Of a stretch of 64,000 bases of DNA, positions 17,705 to 28,380 are shown piece by piece; the stretch's first letter is position 1; the number at the start of each line of letters is the position of its first letter. The position numbers and the translations under genes were made by a program. Origin of the DNA: Selaginella moellendorffii (Eukaryota; Plantae; Lycopodiophyta); assembly GCF_000143415.4 (NCBI RefSeq), contig NW_003314287.1, forward strand, positions 952,203 through 1,016,202, in the 5' to 3' direction. The notes beneath the pieces were generated by a model. It was not told the origin of the DNA and searched no databases. It worked only from the letters and a program-made list of their open reading frames with translations.

Positions 17705-19319
17705 ATGGAGGAATTGGATAGCAAGGGCAATTTCTCCGTCCTGGGGAAGCCCGTGGTTCTGGAAACAATGGCAGATCTACTGGCTGCGATGATGCCAATT
17801 TGGGTCGCCATTGCGTTTGGCATCGTGCTGGGCTGGTCGTGGAAGCCTCGCTGGGCAAGCTTCCTCGTTTTTGGGCTGAGGAGCCGGACGAGGCTGCTGT
17901 GGAGCACACCGCCAGGGCTGGGAGCGAGGCGGCTGTGGCTGGCCATCACGGCGGTCACAGCTTGCTCGATGCTCAAGCAACTTTGGCTGAAATTCAGCGC
18001 CTGGAGGTGGCCCAGGACGGATTTTTCTGGCAAGGAGACGCAGTCAAGGTACTTCGGCTTGTTCCTTCTTTTCTTTCTCATAGCGAAGTTTTGTTGTTCC
18101 ATCAGTTCATCCCCGGGTGATCAACAGCAAGCTAACTGTGCCGTCTCCGACGAAGATTTGAGAAAGTTTTTGCTGTTGCTCGAAGATCGCGATGGAGGGC
18201 CGGCGTGGCAGATGATGATGGACCGTTCCACGACAGGCATGGCTTACCAAGCTTGGCGACGCGACCCTTCCGTAAGTGATATCTCTTGGCTTTCTGTTTT
18301 CGTTTTTCTGATGTTCTTTCTTTCCTTGTCTCTAGAATGGCCCGACGCAATACAAGAGTAGAACCGTCATTGAGGGCATCACGCCGCAGCTCATGAGAGA
18401 TTTTTTTTGGGACGACGAGTTCCGAGTGGAGTGGGACGATATGCTCCTCTCCGCGAAGACGCTCGACGAATGTCCCGAGACCGGATACATGCTAGTACAC
18501 TGGGTTAGAAAGGTACGGAAGTCTCTTCGACTCGGGTGCCACAACTCAAACTTCTGCCATGCAGTTCCCATTTTTTTGTAAGGACCGTGAGTACACGATT
18601 GGGAGGCGCATTTGGGAGCACGGCAACACATACTACTGTTTACAAATGGTAAGCATCATTTACCCATGGCAGCGTCGCTCACTCGCCAGCTTTGCTTTGT
18701 GGTTAACAGGGTGTCGAAACAGACAAGGTTCCCCGCAAAAACAAGCCACGACGTGTAGACGTGTTCTACTCAAGCTTCCGGATCCGTGCAGGTAAAAAGT
18801 GCTAGTTTTTCTTCTTCTTTTTGTTTCGTATGACTCATGGACGTGTCATTCCTTGAATTGGCAGTGGAGTCCCGGAAGGGCGATTCCCAGCTGACCGCGT
18901 GCGAGGTGCTGCTGTTCCACTCGGAAGAGATGGGAATCCAAAAAGATCTGGCGAAGCTAGGCGTCAGGCAGGGGATGTGGGGATGCGTCAAGGGCATGGA
19001 GCCTGGCGCTCACAGCTACTTGGCCTCCCGCAAGAGCGCCAAGCCCCTGTCGCGGCCGGCGCTCATGGCACAGATCACCACCAAGGTTCCGGCGTCCGTG
19101 TTTCGAGAGCTCGGGATCGCCGACACGGCGCTGGAAGTCCAAGCCGGCAGCGGTAGTGCCGTGGAGGAGGCGTCGGCCGAGAACAAGAGAAACGTTTGGA
19201 GATGGATCATCCTGGGTGGCGCGGTGGCGCTGGCCTGCGGCGTGGACAGGGGCGCGGTGGGCAAGGTGTTACTGTTTGGGATCGCGAGGAGGCTGGGGAG
19301 GCTTGGGAGGAAGCTATAG
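17705..19319 (+). CDS. START-domain lipid-binding protein (PCTP/STARD2-7-like plant family)
   Basis: Motifs IWVAIAFGIVLGWSWKPRW, YQAWRRDP, RDFFWDDEFR, DREYTIGRRIW, PRRVDVFYSS and LAKLGVRQGMWGCV. Confidence 0.92.
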
Positions 19320-19802
19320 GAGACGTGGAGAAGCGAGCGAGCGAGTGAGCGAGCGACACACAGCATGGGCGATGGGTATTATCTTTTCTTCTTATCACAG
19401 CTTTGTTCTTCGTTGTCTCGAAGGCTGGAGGAATAAGTCGATTCATCAATCCAATCAGTCCAGCTGCATTGCATGGTTCTTTGAGATGAGATCCTTTTTT
19501 TTTCTTATGATGAACACGAGAGGAATAATCTACTGCTACTTTTTTTTTTCCATAGAGGAAGGCAATGGTTCTTTAGAGTCTAGACTTTTTTCCTCTCGTC
19601 TATCTATCCAGGAAGAAAAGTAAAAAAGGTGATTTTTTTCTTGTAAAGAAAGGAAATTGGTCCTTGTTGGACTTTTTCCTTCCCAAAGTTACAAAGAAAA
19701 AATTTAAAAATTTGATCCGGTTTACAACATGAAAAAGAAAAGAACAAGCAAGCTTTTTTTCTTCTTTTTTGTGTTCTCGCTGGAAATGGTGTAGCTTCCA
19801 TA

Positions 19803-21490
19803 CTAGCTAAGAGTGGAGGAGGTGGGAAGAGGCATCGTCCTCGTCGGCGGAGGAGCACCCATGGAAGCTGTCGACGAAGAATTTCTCTTCAAATCGATCA
19901 CCACCACAGTGATGTTGTCTTTGCTCCCATTGTGCAAGGCGACCTTGAGGAGGAGCGAGGCTGCCGTGCCACACGGGGAGTCGTCCTCGTCTTCACAGCT
20001 GGTGGAAGTTCGCGAGACATTTGACGTTGCTCGGCGGGGGCGGCGGCTCGAGAGGCACTTTCGAGCTATGTCGCAAGCGGCCTCGTTCGTGACCTTGTCC
20101 CACAGCCCGTCACTCGCCAGAATGAGGCACTCATCGTTGTCATGCCGAGGCAGGCACGTCACTTCCGGGTTTGCAATAAGGAATGGAGTCATGAATTGGT
20201 CGCCTGTCACCAAAGGAAGAAACAAGAAAAGGCCACGGCTCCGGTGTTAAAAAGCAAGCCAGAAAAGAAAAACAGGGGCGCGAGACGTATCAAGAGACTC
20301 ACCTATCGATCGTGACATCGCAAGAATTCCCAAAATCCGGGGGATGTCCCAGTTGATCACTTGGCCCCCGGCAGCTTCCACTCGAGCAAACTCGTCCGGT
20401 CTGCTAGGCTGTGGAGGAGGAAGACACAAACAAACATTCGCGTCAAAGTTCTTATGAAACAAGAGAAGAACTTTACCTTGTGATCGACCGTGAGGGGGAT
20501 GGCTCTTCCGCCACGGGACAGCACGGCCCGGCAGTCTCCACAGTTTGCGACCACGATCTGGCTGCAGCCAACCACGGCCACCACGGCGGTGGAGCCGACG
20601 GTCTCTGGAATCTGGACGTCGCAGCCGTTTCCTGCGCAGTTGCTGCAAGCGTCGCCGCCGCAGCTGGGCCTCCGGACTTGCTCGTCCACCTTGAGGAAGC
20701 AGCCGGTCATGACGTCCTCCCACAGCTTCTCCGGATCACTGGTCTCCTCTTGCCTATGTCTGTTCATCTCGTCCACGAGAACGCGGTGGAGCCGGTCTCG
20801 ACAATATGTTGCGGCCTGAGAAGATCCAGCAAAAACACGCAAAGTTAGTAAGCTCGCGGCACAGGAAACAAAAGGAAGCTTTGGAAATCCCAGACTAACC
20901 TGTGATCCACCGTGACCATCGTAAACTCCAAAGAAATGGTAGCTCGACGAGGAAGAAGTTGACGCTCCCGAGCAGCCATTGAGGCTGCAAGGCAAGCTCA
21001 GGAAATCCGGCTCGGTGGCGACAGTGTCCTCCATCTCTCGCCTCCTCCCGCAAACTGACACTGTTCCATACGGCGGACAGGAGCTCTGGCCCGACGAGCA
21101 GCAGCACCCAAGGTTGGGCAAATCCTCGGAGCTCACAGAGCTCGAGGAGGAGCTCGAGAGCAAAGATGGTAGCACGTCCTCGCTACATTTTCGCTCCTCC
21201 TCCTTGCTTTGCTGCTGCTGCTGCTGCTCTTGCCCCTGCTGCTGCTGCTTGTGTTCTACCACCTCCTCCTCGCTCTTCATCTCCTTGCACAAACCTCCTC
21301 CTTCCTGGAAGTTAATCCTCGAGCGCTTGAACAATCCATTCCCCGAATTGGCCAGAATCCTGATGCGTCTAATCTCGATACGCTTCCTCCTCAGCGCGCT
21401 TGCCGCGCTCTCGCAAGGAAGAACGTCCACGCCCACGCCCTTACATGGGCATGCGTCGTCAGTGCTTTTGCAAGGAGCCAGTGCGTCCAT
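19803..21490 (-). CDS. Clade A (ABI1/HAB/HAI-type) protein phosphatase 2C
   Basis: Motifs [48 protein letters not shown], [24 protein letters not shown], [11 protein letters not shown] and [13 protein letters not shown]. Confidence 0.93.
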
Positions 21491-22031
21491 ATATCCACCA
21501 CCCGCAAAAGCTGTAGCTCTTGGAGCGCGCTAGAGATGCCCAGTGCCGAAAAGCCCCCTGTGTGCTACCAGCTAGCCAGCAAGAAGAGATCCCAGCTACG
21601 ATTGATGGAGCATTTTCCCCTCTCAAATTTCCCCCAACCTGTGAGCTCCAGCGCCCGGCCGAGCAGCGATTAATTGCCAGATCCAACAGAAACCCCAGGA
21701 ATATCGACGAGGATTTCTTACCATGGATCATCCGAGTGCCAAACAAGAAAAGCAAGGCAATCTTCCCTCGATTTCTCCCGATTTCTCGGAGCCGCGCGCT
21801 GGCCGCTGCTGGGAGAATCTCCGCCGGGCGCTCGATCGCGTCCCTTGCTCGCTCGCGCTCGACCTAGGTGAGCGCTCAAGCTCTCGCACTCGCTCTCTAT
21901 TTTTCGTTCGTCTCTCTCCTCTCCCCGACTCAGAAAAAATGGGACGGGAGAAAGGGGCAGCGCGGGCAGGAGGGGCAGGGCGGGCAGCGGGCAGGCCTGA
22001 GTAGGGCACCTGCCTTTTCATATGCGAGCCA

Positions 22032-22252
22032 CGGTCTGCCCGGTCTGCCCTCGGCACATGGCAGCATCTGGGGCGTCCATCGCAGCAAACACGTGGCGCG
22101 AAGTCTGCTGATGGGCGATTCACATGGTAATTTTGCTAGCACATGGCAAATCTTTTTTATTGCCCATCATTCACTTCTTTTCTCAACCATCGCACACGTT
22201 GCGTTTTTTGAATTTGTAGACGCTAGGGTTTATGCCTAGGGTTTACACGTCA
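22032..22252. promoter_or_regulatory. ABRE/G-box and CACATG cluster in the divergent promoter of the clade A PP2C and the coiled-coil gene
   Basis: ACACGTGGC at 22089-22097, ACACGTCA at 22245, CACATGG at 22055, 22121 and 22140, telo-boxes near 22224 and 22237. Confidence 0.55.
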
Positions 22253-22425
22253 TTTCAGCCTCTCCGGGCGGAATCCTCGATCGAGGGGCTGGCGCTGGCG
22301 TTTGTTAGCGGATCGAGCTGGAATGCGCGTCGCTCCTCCACGCTGGGATAGTTTTTCTCGGGATTTGCCGGAATTTCGGTCGAGAGGCTGGCTGTGGGAG
22401 CATCGCGAAGAGCTGAGCGTTTTTG

Positions 22426-23447
22426 ATGGACGCCCAGGGATCGTTTCTCAATCAGATTCTGTGCTTGAAGCAAGAAATCGATCAGGTATGCGTGCCTGTT
22501 GCCTCGCATTCTAACTTTCTAGAGCAGTTAAACGTCAGGGTCGGGCTAGAGATCCGTGAGACGATAAGATTGGAATCAGAGCTAGTCCGGTGTGCCGAGG
22601 ACACCCAGGAAGCTGTGAAGGATGAGAAAGAACTTCTAAGGACTTACGTGATTCGCGAGAACGAGTACTCGGACTTGCGCGCCACATCAGGTACCTACTC
22701 TTTTGTTGCTTGGCTGTGGCTATGCTGAGTGACGCTTAGTTGCCTTGGAGAAAGTAAACCAGGAAACTATGCACGACCTTTCGAAGCTCAAGTCTACGAG
22801 GGACGCGCTCAAAAAGAAGATCACTGAAGAACGGTAGCTTGAGTCATGGTCATGATGGATTTCCTCAATTCTTTTCTTTTTCTCTGACGCAGCGATACAT
22901 TTATAGCGCATTGCAGGAAGTTTCAGCAAGCGCACGACGAAGCTTTTAGTGCTGCTTCGGTCCACCTCCGTCGCAGCATCAGAACCATGAATGAAGAAAT
23001 CGTGTCTCGGGAAGCTTTGATCGCTGAGAAGAACCGACGGAATGACGGTGATTATGTCAGGTGCTTTTTGCGTGTGAGTTGCTGACACTGCTGAAGTGCA
23101 TCTCAGAGTTACAGCAACAAGTAGATGCAGCTCAAGATCACAATTGCAGCTTGCTCATTGACATTGCTAATCTAAAGAAGGAGCTGCAAGTTGCGGAGTC
23201 AAAGAGGAAGCTAGAGTGAGTCTTCGATTGTTTTTTTATAATCCTATAACAGAGCGACACGTTTGGACAGGCCCCTCGAGATTCTTGAGGAAGAAAAACG
23301 TCAGCTACAGGATTGTATTTTAGCTCTCAAATCCCGTTTAGCCAGCATACAAGGTACTATTGTTAAGGCTGTACCAACCCAATTTGATAACTCTGCTTTC
23401 CAGAAAGAAAGAGAGAGATCAGAATGTCCGATAAAGCTGGAAGCTAG
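22426..23447 (+). CDS. Coiled-coil protein, about 235 aa, 7 exons (SCEP2/CCDC172-like by recall)
   Basis: GT-AG splicing joins an open heptad-rich frame: MDAQGSFLNQILCLKQEIDQ|LNVRVG...|VALEKV...DALKKKITEER|DTFIAHCRKF...|ELQQQV...|PLEILEEEK...|ERKREIRMSDKAGS*. Confidence 0.7.
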
Positions 23448-23686
23448 TTCGGCAACTCGTGGGGCCTAGCAAGTGATAAGCTAACGCGTTCTGGTGGCTG
23501 TAAGGAAATTGCAGGTCCCTGTAGCCATTGTGATCCAGTACGCCCTGTGGCTGAAAACACTCCCAAGGTGTGATATCTTTTTCCACGTAGAGCTTATTCT
23601 TTTCCTGGTTTTGAGTTGCACTTCCATTGTGTGTAGCCGAAAAGTTGTACGAGGCTCATCTCGGGACGAAGTGAATCGTGGCAGAT

Positions 23687-25228
23687 ATGAGTGAAGAGGA
23701 AGCCAGGTTACCTCAGAGTTTGATGAGAGTCCTCCCTGACGACCCCTATGAGCAGCTGGATCTGGCAAGGAAGATTGCCTCTATGGCTCTTGCTACTAGA
23801 ATGTCGGAATTGGAAAACCGCGTGGGTAGAATTCGGGAAAATCTTCACGAGAAAGACAATTTGATTGAGGACCTCGAGCGCAGAATTACCGATGCTGATC
23901 AAGCCATTCAAAGAGCAAACATTCGCATCCTCAAAACGACAGACGATCAGGTTCGCATTGTTTCCTTCTCTCGTTGATCTTTGAGCCTGTGTTTGTAGAT
24001 AAGGCTATCCAAGGAAAACGAAGTGCTGCAAGGGACCATCACTAGATTGAGGCATGATGTTTCCAAGGTCCAAGCTATCCTCTCTTTCTAAATCGTGTCG
24101 AAGTAATCGTGGTCGACTGCAGATGGAGTCTGTTCGAAAGTCATTGGTCCATACATTGCAGCTGGATAATCCTGTAAGTTGACACTCTTTGTATATACTA
24201 AAAACCCTGACCAGCGGCATTATAGCATCTACTCGATACCGCAGATGAAAAATCGTCTAGTCAAGAAAACAGGCTTAAAAAAGCCATGTCTATGGACAAC
24301 TCCCCAAGATCACCTCTTCAGGAACCTATCAGAACCCAAAGCTACGACAGAGTGCAAGGTAAGAGCTGCACTCCACTCGCCTAGTGCATCATACTTAATT
24401 TTTCACTTCCAGTGGAGGATGATATGCAATCTTCTAGCGTGGAAGATGCCAGGAGGCGAATGCTTCTTCTTAAAGCGCGCCCGGCTAGAAGGTCCATGTC
24501 CGACTTTGCCAAGACTCGCGCTCTGTCAGTACCACGACAGTTTGATCACGAATCAGATTGTAAGTTTTATTGAATTGGTTCTCCTGTAGCTTTGGGTGGC
24601 GTTGACTTTGTTTCGCTTGGTTGTCAGCTCCACTATCTCAAGAAGGAATCGCACTAACACCACCGATAAGTCCACCCAAAACATCCCCACCCAAGAGTCG
24701 GTCGGCAACAGGGTCCCCCGTGAAACGTAAGATTCCGGCACCGACACCGCCACAAAGACCGCGATATAGCGAGGCTGCTACAGCCCCCAGCTCTCCTCCT
24801 CGCTGTAAGTATTCGTCCTTTTGGAAACTTTGCCATTAAACACGTCCAGTTGTTGCGCAGCCCCCTCGATGATGAAAGCCGATGGAAAGGAGTTTTTTCG
24901 GCAAGCAAAGTAAGACAGTGTCTTCCTTTTCTTTCCATTTTTCAGACGAAGACGAGCTGTTTTTTCTCCCTTTTTTTTTTCCAGGAGCCGCCTTCCTTAC
25001 GACCAGTTCCGTGCGTTGCTAAACACTATCAAAGAGCTCAATTCCCACCTGCGGACGCGAGAGGTACGTACCACCAAACTTTGGAATAAAAAGAGAGAAA
25101 AGGTGTGGCATACACTGACTGGTTGTGTTCGTGTTGTGTCCCAGGATGCCTTGAGAAAAGCGGACGAGATATTTGGAACAGAAAACAAGGATTTGTATGC
25201 GTTTCTCTGCCAGCACCTCCCTTCCTAA
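23687..25228 (+). CDS. At4g15545/NAIP-family coiled-coil protein
   Basis: N-terminal VLPDDPYEQLDLARKIASMA. C-terminal DGKEFFRQARSRLPYDQF...IKELNSH...LRKADEIFGTENKDLY. Confidence 0.88.
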
Positions 25229-25236
25229 CGTAACAA

Positions 25237-25293
25237 CAAGTCTTTCAATCTTGTCAGTGATCTTCCAAGTCTTTCAATCTTGTCGGTGATCTT
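25237..25293. repeat. 29-nt tandem duplication
   Basis: caagtctttcaatcttgtc(a/g)gtgatctt occurs twice in tandem. Confidence 0.9.
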
Positions 25294-25382
25294 ACAACTT
25301 CTTTCGCACAGACAAAGCGAGGCAATGCCGAGACAACGACGCTCCTCTTCTTTCTTCCAAGATTGATGAAGGACAAAACGCG

Positions 25383-26978
25383 ATGGAAGTCCTTGTCCGC
25401 AACAACAACATCGCTCTGGCCAGGTGTTTCGCCGATGCGCGGCTCGACGACGCGCGCGCCACCTTTTCGGCAATGCAAGAATGCGACGTCGTGTCCTACA
25501 ACACGCTGCTGTCCGGCTATGCCCGAAACGGGCATCTGCGGGAAGCGCAAGAAGTCTTCGCCCAGATGCCCGAGCACGACCGCGTCTCGTGGAATGCGAT
25601 CATCGCCGCGCACGCCCGCGCCGGCGACGCCGCTGGTGCGCAGCGCCTCTTCGATCACTCGCCCGAGAGGAGCATTGTCTCGTGGTCCGCGCTCCTCCAC
25701 GCAAATGGCCAAACCGGGGATCTGGCAAGCGCCACCGCGCTCTTCGATCGCATGCCCGAAAGGAACGTCGTGGTGTGGAACACGATGCTCGACTGCCATG
25801 CCCGGCGCGGGGATCTGCGAGAGCTGGCTGATCTCTTCGACGCGATGCCGGCGCGCGACGTGGTGTCGTGGAACACTGCGGTGGTGGCATTTGCGCGACA
25901 CGGGCGGATCGATCGGGCGCGGGAGATCTTCGCCGCGGCGCCCGCGCGATCGGCCGCGTCCTGGGCCGCGATGATCCAGGCGCTCGGTGGCGAGCGAGAA
26001 CAAGCTGAGGAGCTCTTCGCCCAGATCCCGGAGGTGAGCATCGCGTGTTGCAACGCCATGGCGGCAGCGCGGGCTCGCGGTGGCGATTCGGAGGGAGTGA
26101 TAGCTCTGCTCGATTCTATACCCGATCACGACGCTGCGTCGTGGACGCTTCTACTACACGATTACGCGCGCACTGGCAAGCTCGAGCAAGCGAAATCCAC
26201 ATTCGATCGCATGCCAAGAAGAGATCTAGTCGCCTGGAACGCGCTTATCTCCGCATATGCCCAAAATGGGCATTTGCATGAAGTAAAACACTTCTTTGAT
26301 TCTATGCCTGAGAGAGATCTCGTGTCGTGGAACATACTTCTAGGCTGCTACTCGGAAGCAAAAGAGGCAAATCTTGCAAATCATCTCTTTGCTACAATGC
26401 CAGAGAAGGATTCCATCTCTTGGAATTCTCTCCTCTCGGCAGAAGCCCAGACATGCCATCTGTCCCAGCCGAAGCTCTTCTTCGAGCGAATGCCGGAGCT
26501 CACTCCGGTTTCTTGGAGTTGCCTGGTTGCCGCCTACAGCCACTTTGGCCGGTTCCAAGATGCGATTCTTTCCTTCCGCTCGATGCTCCTCGCAGGCCAC
26601 GGTGCCAACCAGATTGCTCTCTCGGCAGTTCTTGCTGCCTGTTCCCGAGCTGGATTGCTTCTCCCGGTGTGGAACCACGTCACCTCGGCCCAGGTGGATC
26701 ACTGCCTGTCTCCGGACGCGTACAACTACTTCTCCGTCCTGGACGTGCTCGCGAGATCGGGACAGCTCCAGGCGGCGGTGGATCTTTTCCACAGCATGCC
26801 GTTTGCTCCCACCATCCCGGCGTGGACGTGCCTTTTTACTGCCGTTCTCAAAGCCGATCAAAACTTCTGTCCCTTGCTCGTGTCACGCTACTGCCACTAC
26901 GCGTCGGCCTCTTGCCGCAAGAATCCTGATTCGTTTGGCAGCGCGGACGAAGTTCCTGCAAGCCACACGACAGAGTGA
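25383..26978 (+). CDS. PLS-class pentatricopeptide repeat protein with truncated E region and no DYW; intronless
   Basis: Tandem ~31-aa repeats of the form FDRMPERNVVxWN. AVLAACSRAG, LDVLARSGQL and SMPFAPTIPAWT precede an unrelated tail. Confidence 0.92.
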   Translation: MEVLVRNNNIALARCFADARLDDARATFSAMQECDVVSYNTLLSGYARNGHLREAQEVFAQMPEHDRVSWNAIIAAHARAGDAAGAQRLFDHSPERSIVSWSALLHANGQTGDLASATALFDRMPERNVVVWNTMLDCHARRGDLRELADLFDAMPARDVVSWNTAVVAFARHGRIDRAREIFAAAPARSAASWAAMIQALGGEREQAEELFAQIPEVSIACCNAMAAARARGGDSEGVIALLDSIPDHDAASWTLLLHDYARTGKLEQAKSTFDRMPRRDLVAWNALISAYAQNGHLHEVKHFFDSMPERDLVSWNILLGCYSEAKEANLANHLFATMPEKDSISWNSLLSAEAQTCHLSQPKLFFERMPELTPVSWSCLVAAYSHFGRFQDAILSFRSMLLAGHGANQIALSAVLAACSRAGLLLPVWNHVTSAQVDHCLSPDAYNYFSVLDVLARSGQLQAAVDLFHSMPFAPTIPAWTCLFTAVLKADQNFCPLLVSRYCHYASASCRKNPDSFGSADEVPASHTTE

Positions 26979-28380
26979 GAACGAAGCACAGTAGCAGCAG
27001 AGCTGGAAAGAATCGCAAAGCACGAAAAAGGTGGCGACTTACACGTACTCAAGCAGCAGGAATTGACAAAGCAAAGCCAAACCAGGAAGAGAGACATTCA
27101 CAGTGTTTTCGCGGAGGAAACTGTAAAAGATGCGAGCACCACCTCCAGGAGAGATCACCGGCGAGGAGGAGGTCACCCTCGGCGTCCTCGTACGCGATAA
27201 TGTGGTGCGGGATTGCGTTAGAGAGGCTGCAAGCTTGCTCCGCCGCCGCTGTGGAGGCTTCCTCCTCCGGTCCGAACATCGATCGTAGTGCCGCTGCGAA
27301 GCTGCCATAGCCATCGTAGTCACTCAGGCAAATCCTCCCATCTATGGAGCGTCCCTCCATGACGACAGTGATGACTCGGGTCTGCTCCGGTGGACGTCCC
27401 AGGAATAAGTTCTCCCCACCACCTACAGTTGCAACTTTAGACTAGAATTTTTCCATATCTTTGCGATGGATGATGAAATGAGTACCTGGGTTGTGGAGAC
27501 CGAGTCCCACACTGCTGGAAGGAAGATTCCAGCCCTGCTGCGGCAAAGGAAAATTCATGTCTGGCCGGAAGTTGGCGTTCAAGCCAGTGAAGTAGCTCGT
27601 TGTTTGGTTCTTCCAGCCATGAGATAAGACCAGCGAGCTCGACGGCAGTGCCGCTGCCTGGCTCATTTCCGGTCGCCACTCGACAAAGCTTTTGCCTTCG
27701 GCTTTCTTAGAACCGATGATCCTGGCGTTGCCATTGTCCGTCACGTCCTGGCTCATCAAGCCCGCGCCGTGGTGCTCCTCCGGACGACCGAGAAACGGCG
27801 ACTTCTCGTGCGGAATGCTCGTCGGCCGGATCACTGACGTGGGGAGGCGTAACTCTGGCCGGAACTGCGGCGGAGGATAGCTGTAAGGTGGTGGCTGCCT
27901 GAATCGCGCCGCTGGGACAGTTGATGGATCCACTGGCTGTTGCTGTAGCCACCAAGCTGATGCTGCTGCTGATGGTGCTGCTACTGCTCCAGCCGTGTTT
28001 GGATCGTGCTGGGAATTATGAGGATCACCTGGAGTTGACTTGTCCAGATTGCCTGTAGCTCCTCCTGGGCCCTGCTGTTGATCCGGAGAAGGCTTTCCAC
28101 CATCGCCGAGATCCTGCTGCTGATCCGGAGACTTTTGAGCCACTGCTCCTCCCCCGCTCCTCCGTCTCTTCTTCTTCTTCTTTTCGTCTCCCGCGGCCTT
28201 ATCCGCCTCCGGGGAGGATCCACTCGTCTTCTCCAGTTCCAAGTTTTGCAGGCCAGCGATCGTGGAAGCTCGCTGATCCAAGCTCGTCCGGTGACACGGC
28301 GAGCTGCCTGAATCCGAGACCGACTGAGACGGAGAGCCCGGGTCCTGTGCCGGCTGCTTGTCTTTCACGGAAGAAACCAT
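26883..28380 (-). CDS. Non-canonical Aux/IAA (IAA33-like) with a long low-complexity N-terminal extension
   Basis: Exons 28380-27486, 27422-27143 and 26955-26883 give TVVMEGRSI...ALRSMF...LSNAIPHHIIAYEDAEGDLLLAGDLSWRNFVRAAKRIRIL, the IAA33-type PB1 signature. No GWPP degron. The start may extend to ATG 28567 through a further intron. Confidence 0.9.

Noticed and set aside
25190-25400. Splice fusion of the NAIP-like gene to the PPR
   Set aside because: No donor in the phase needed to join the PPR frame.
25254-26129. Long antisense or alternate-frame ORFs over GC-rich genes (also 48648-49520, 53123-53767, 44791-45510, 10880-11581)
   Set aside because: Expected shadows of GC-rich codon usage, with no recognisable motifs.
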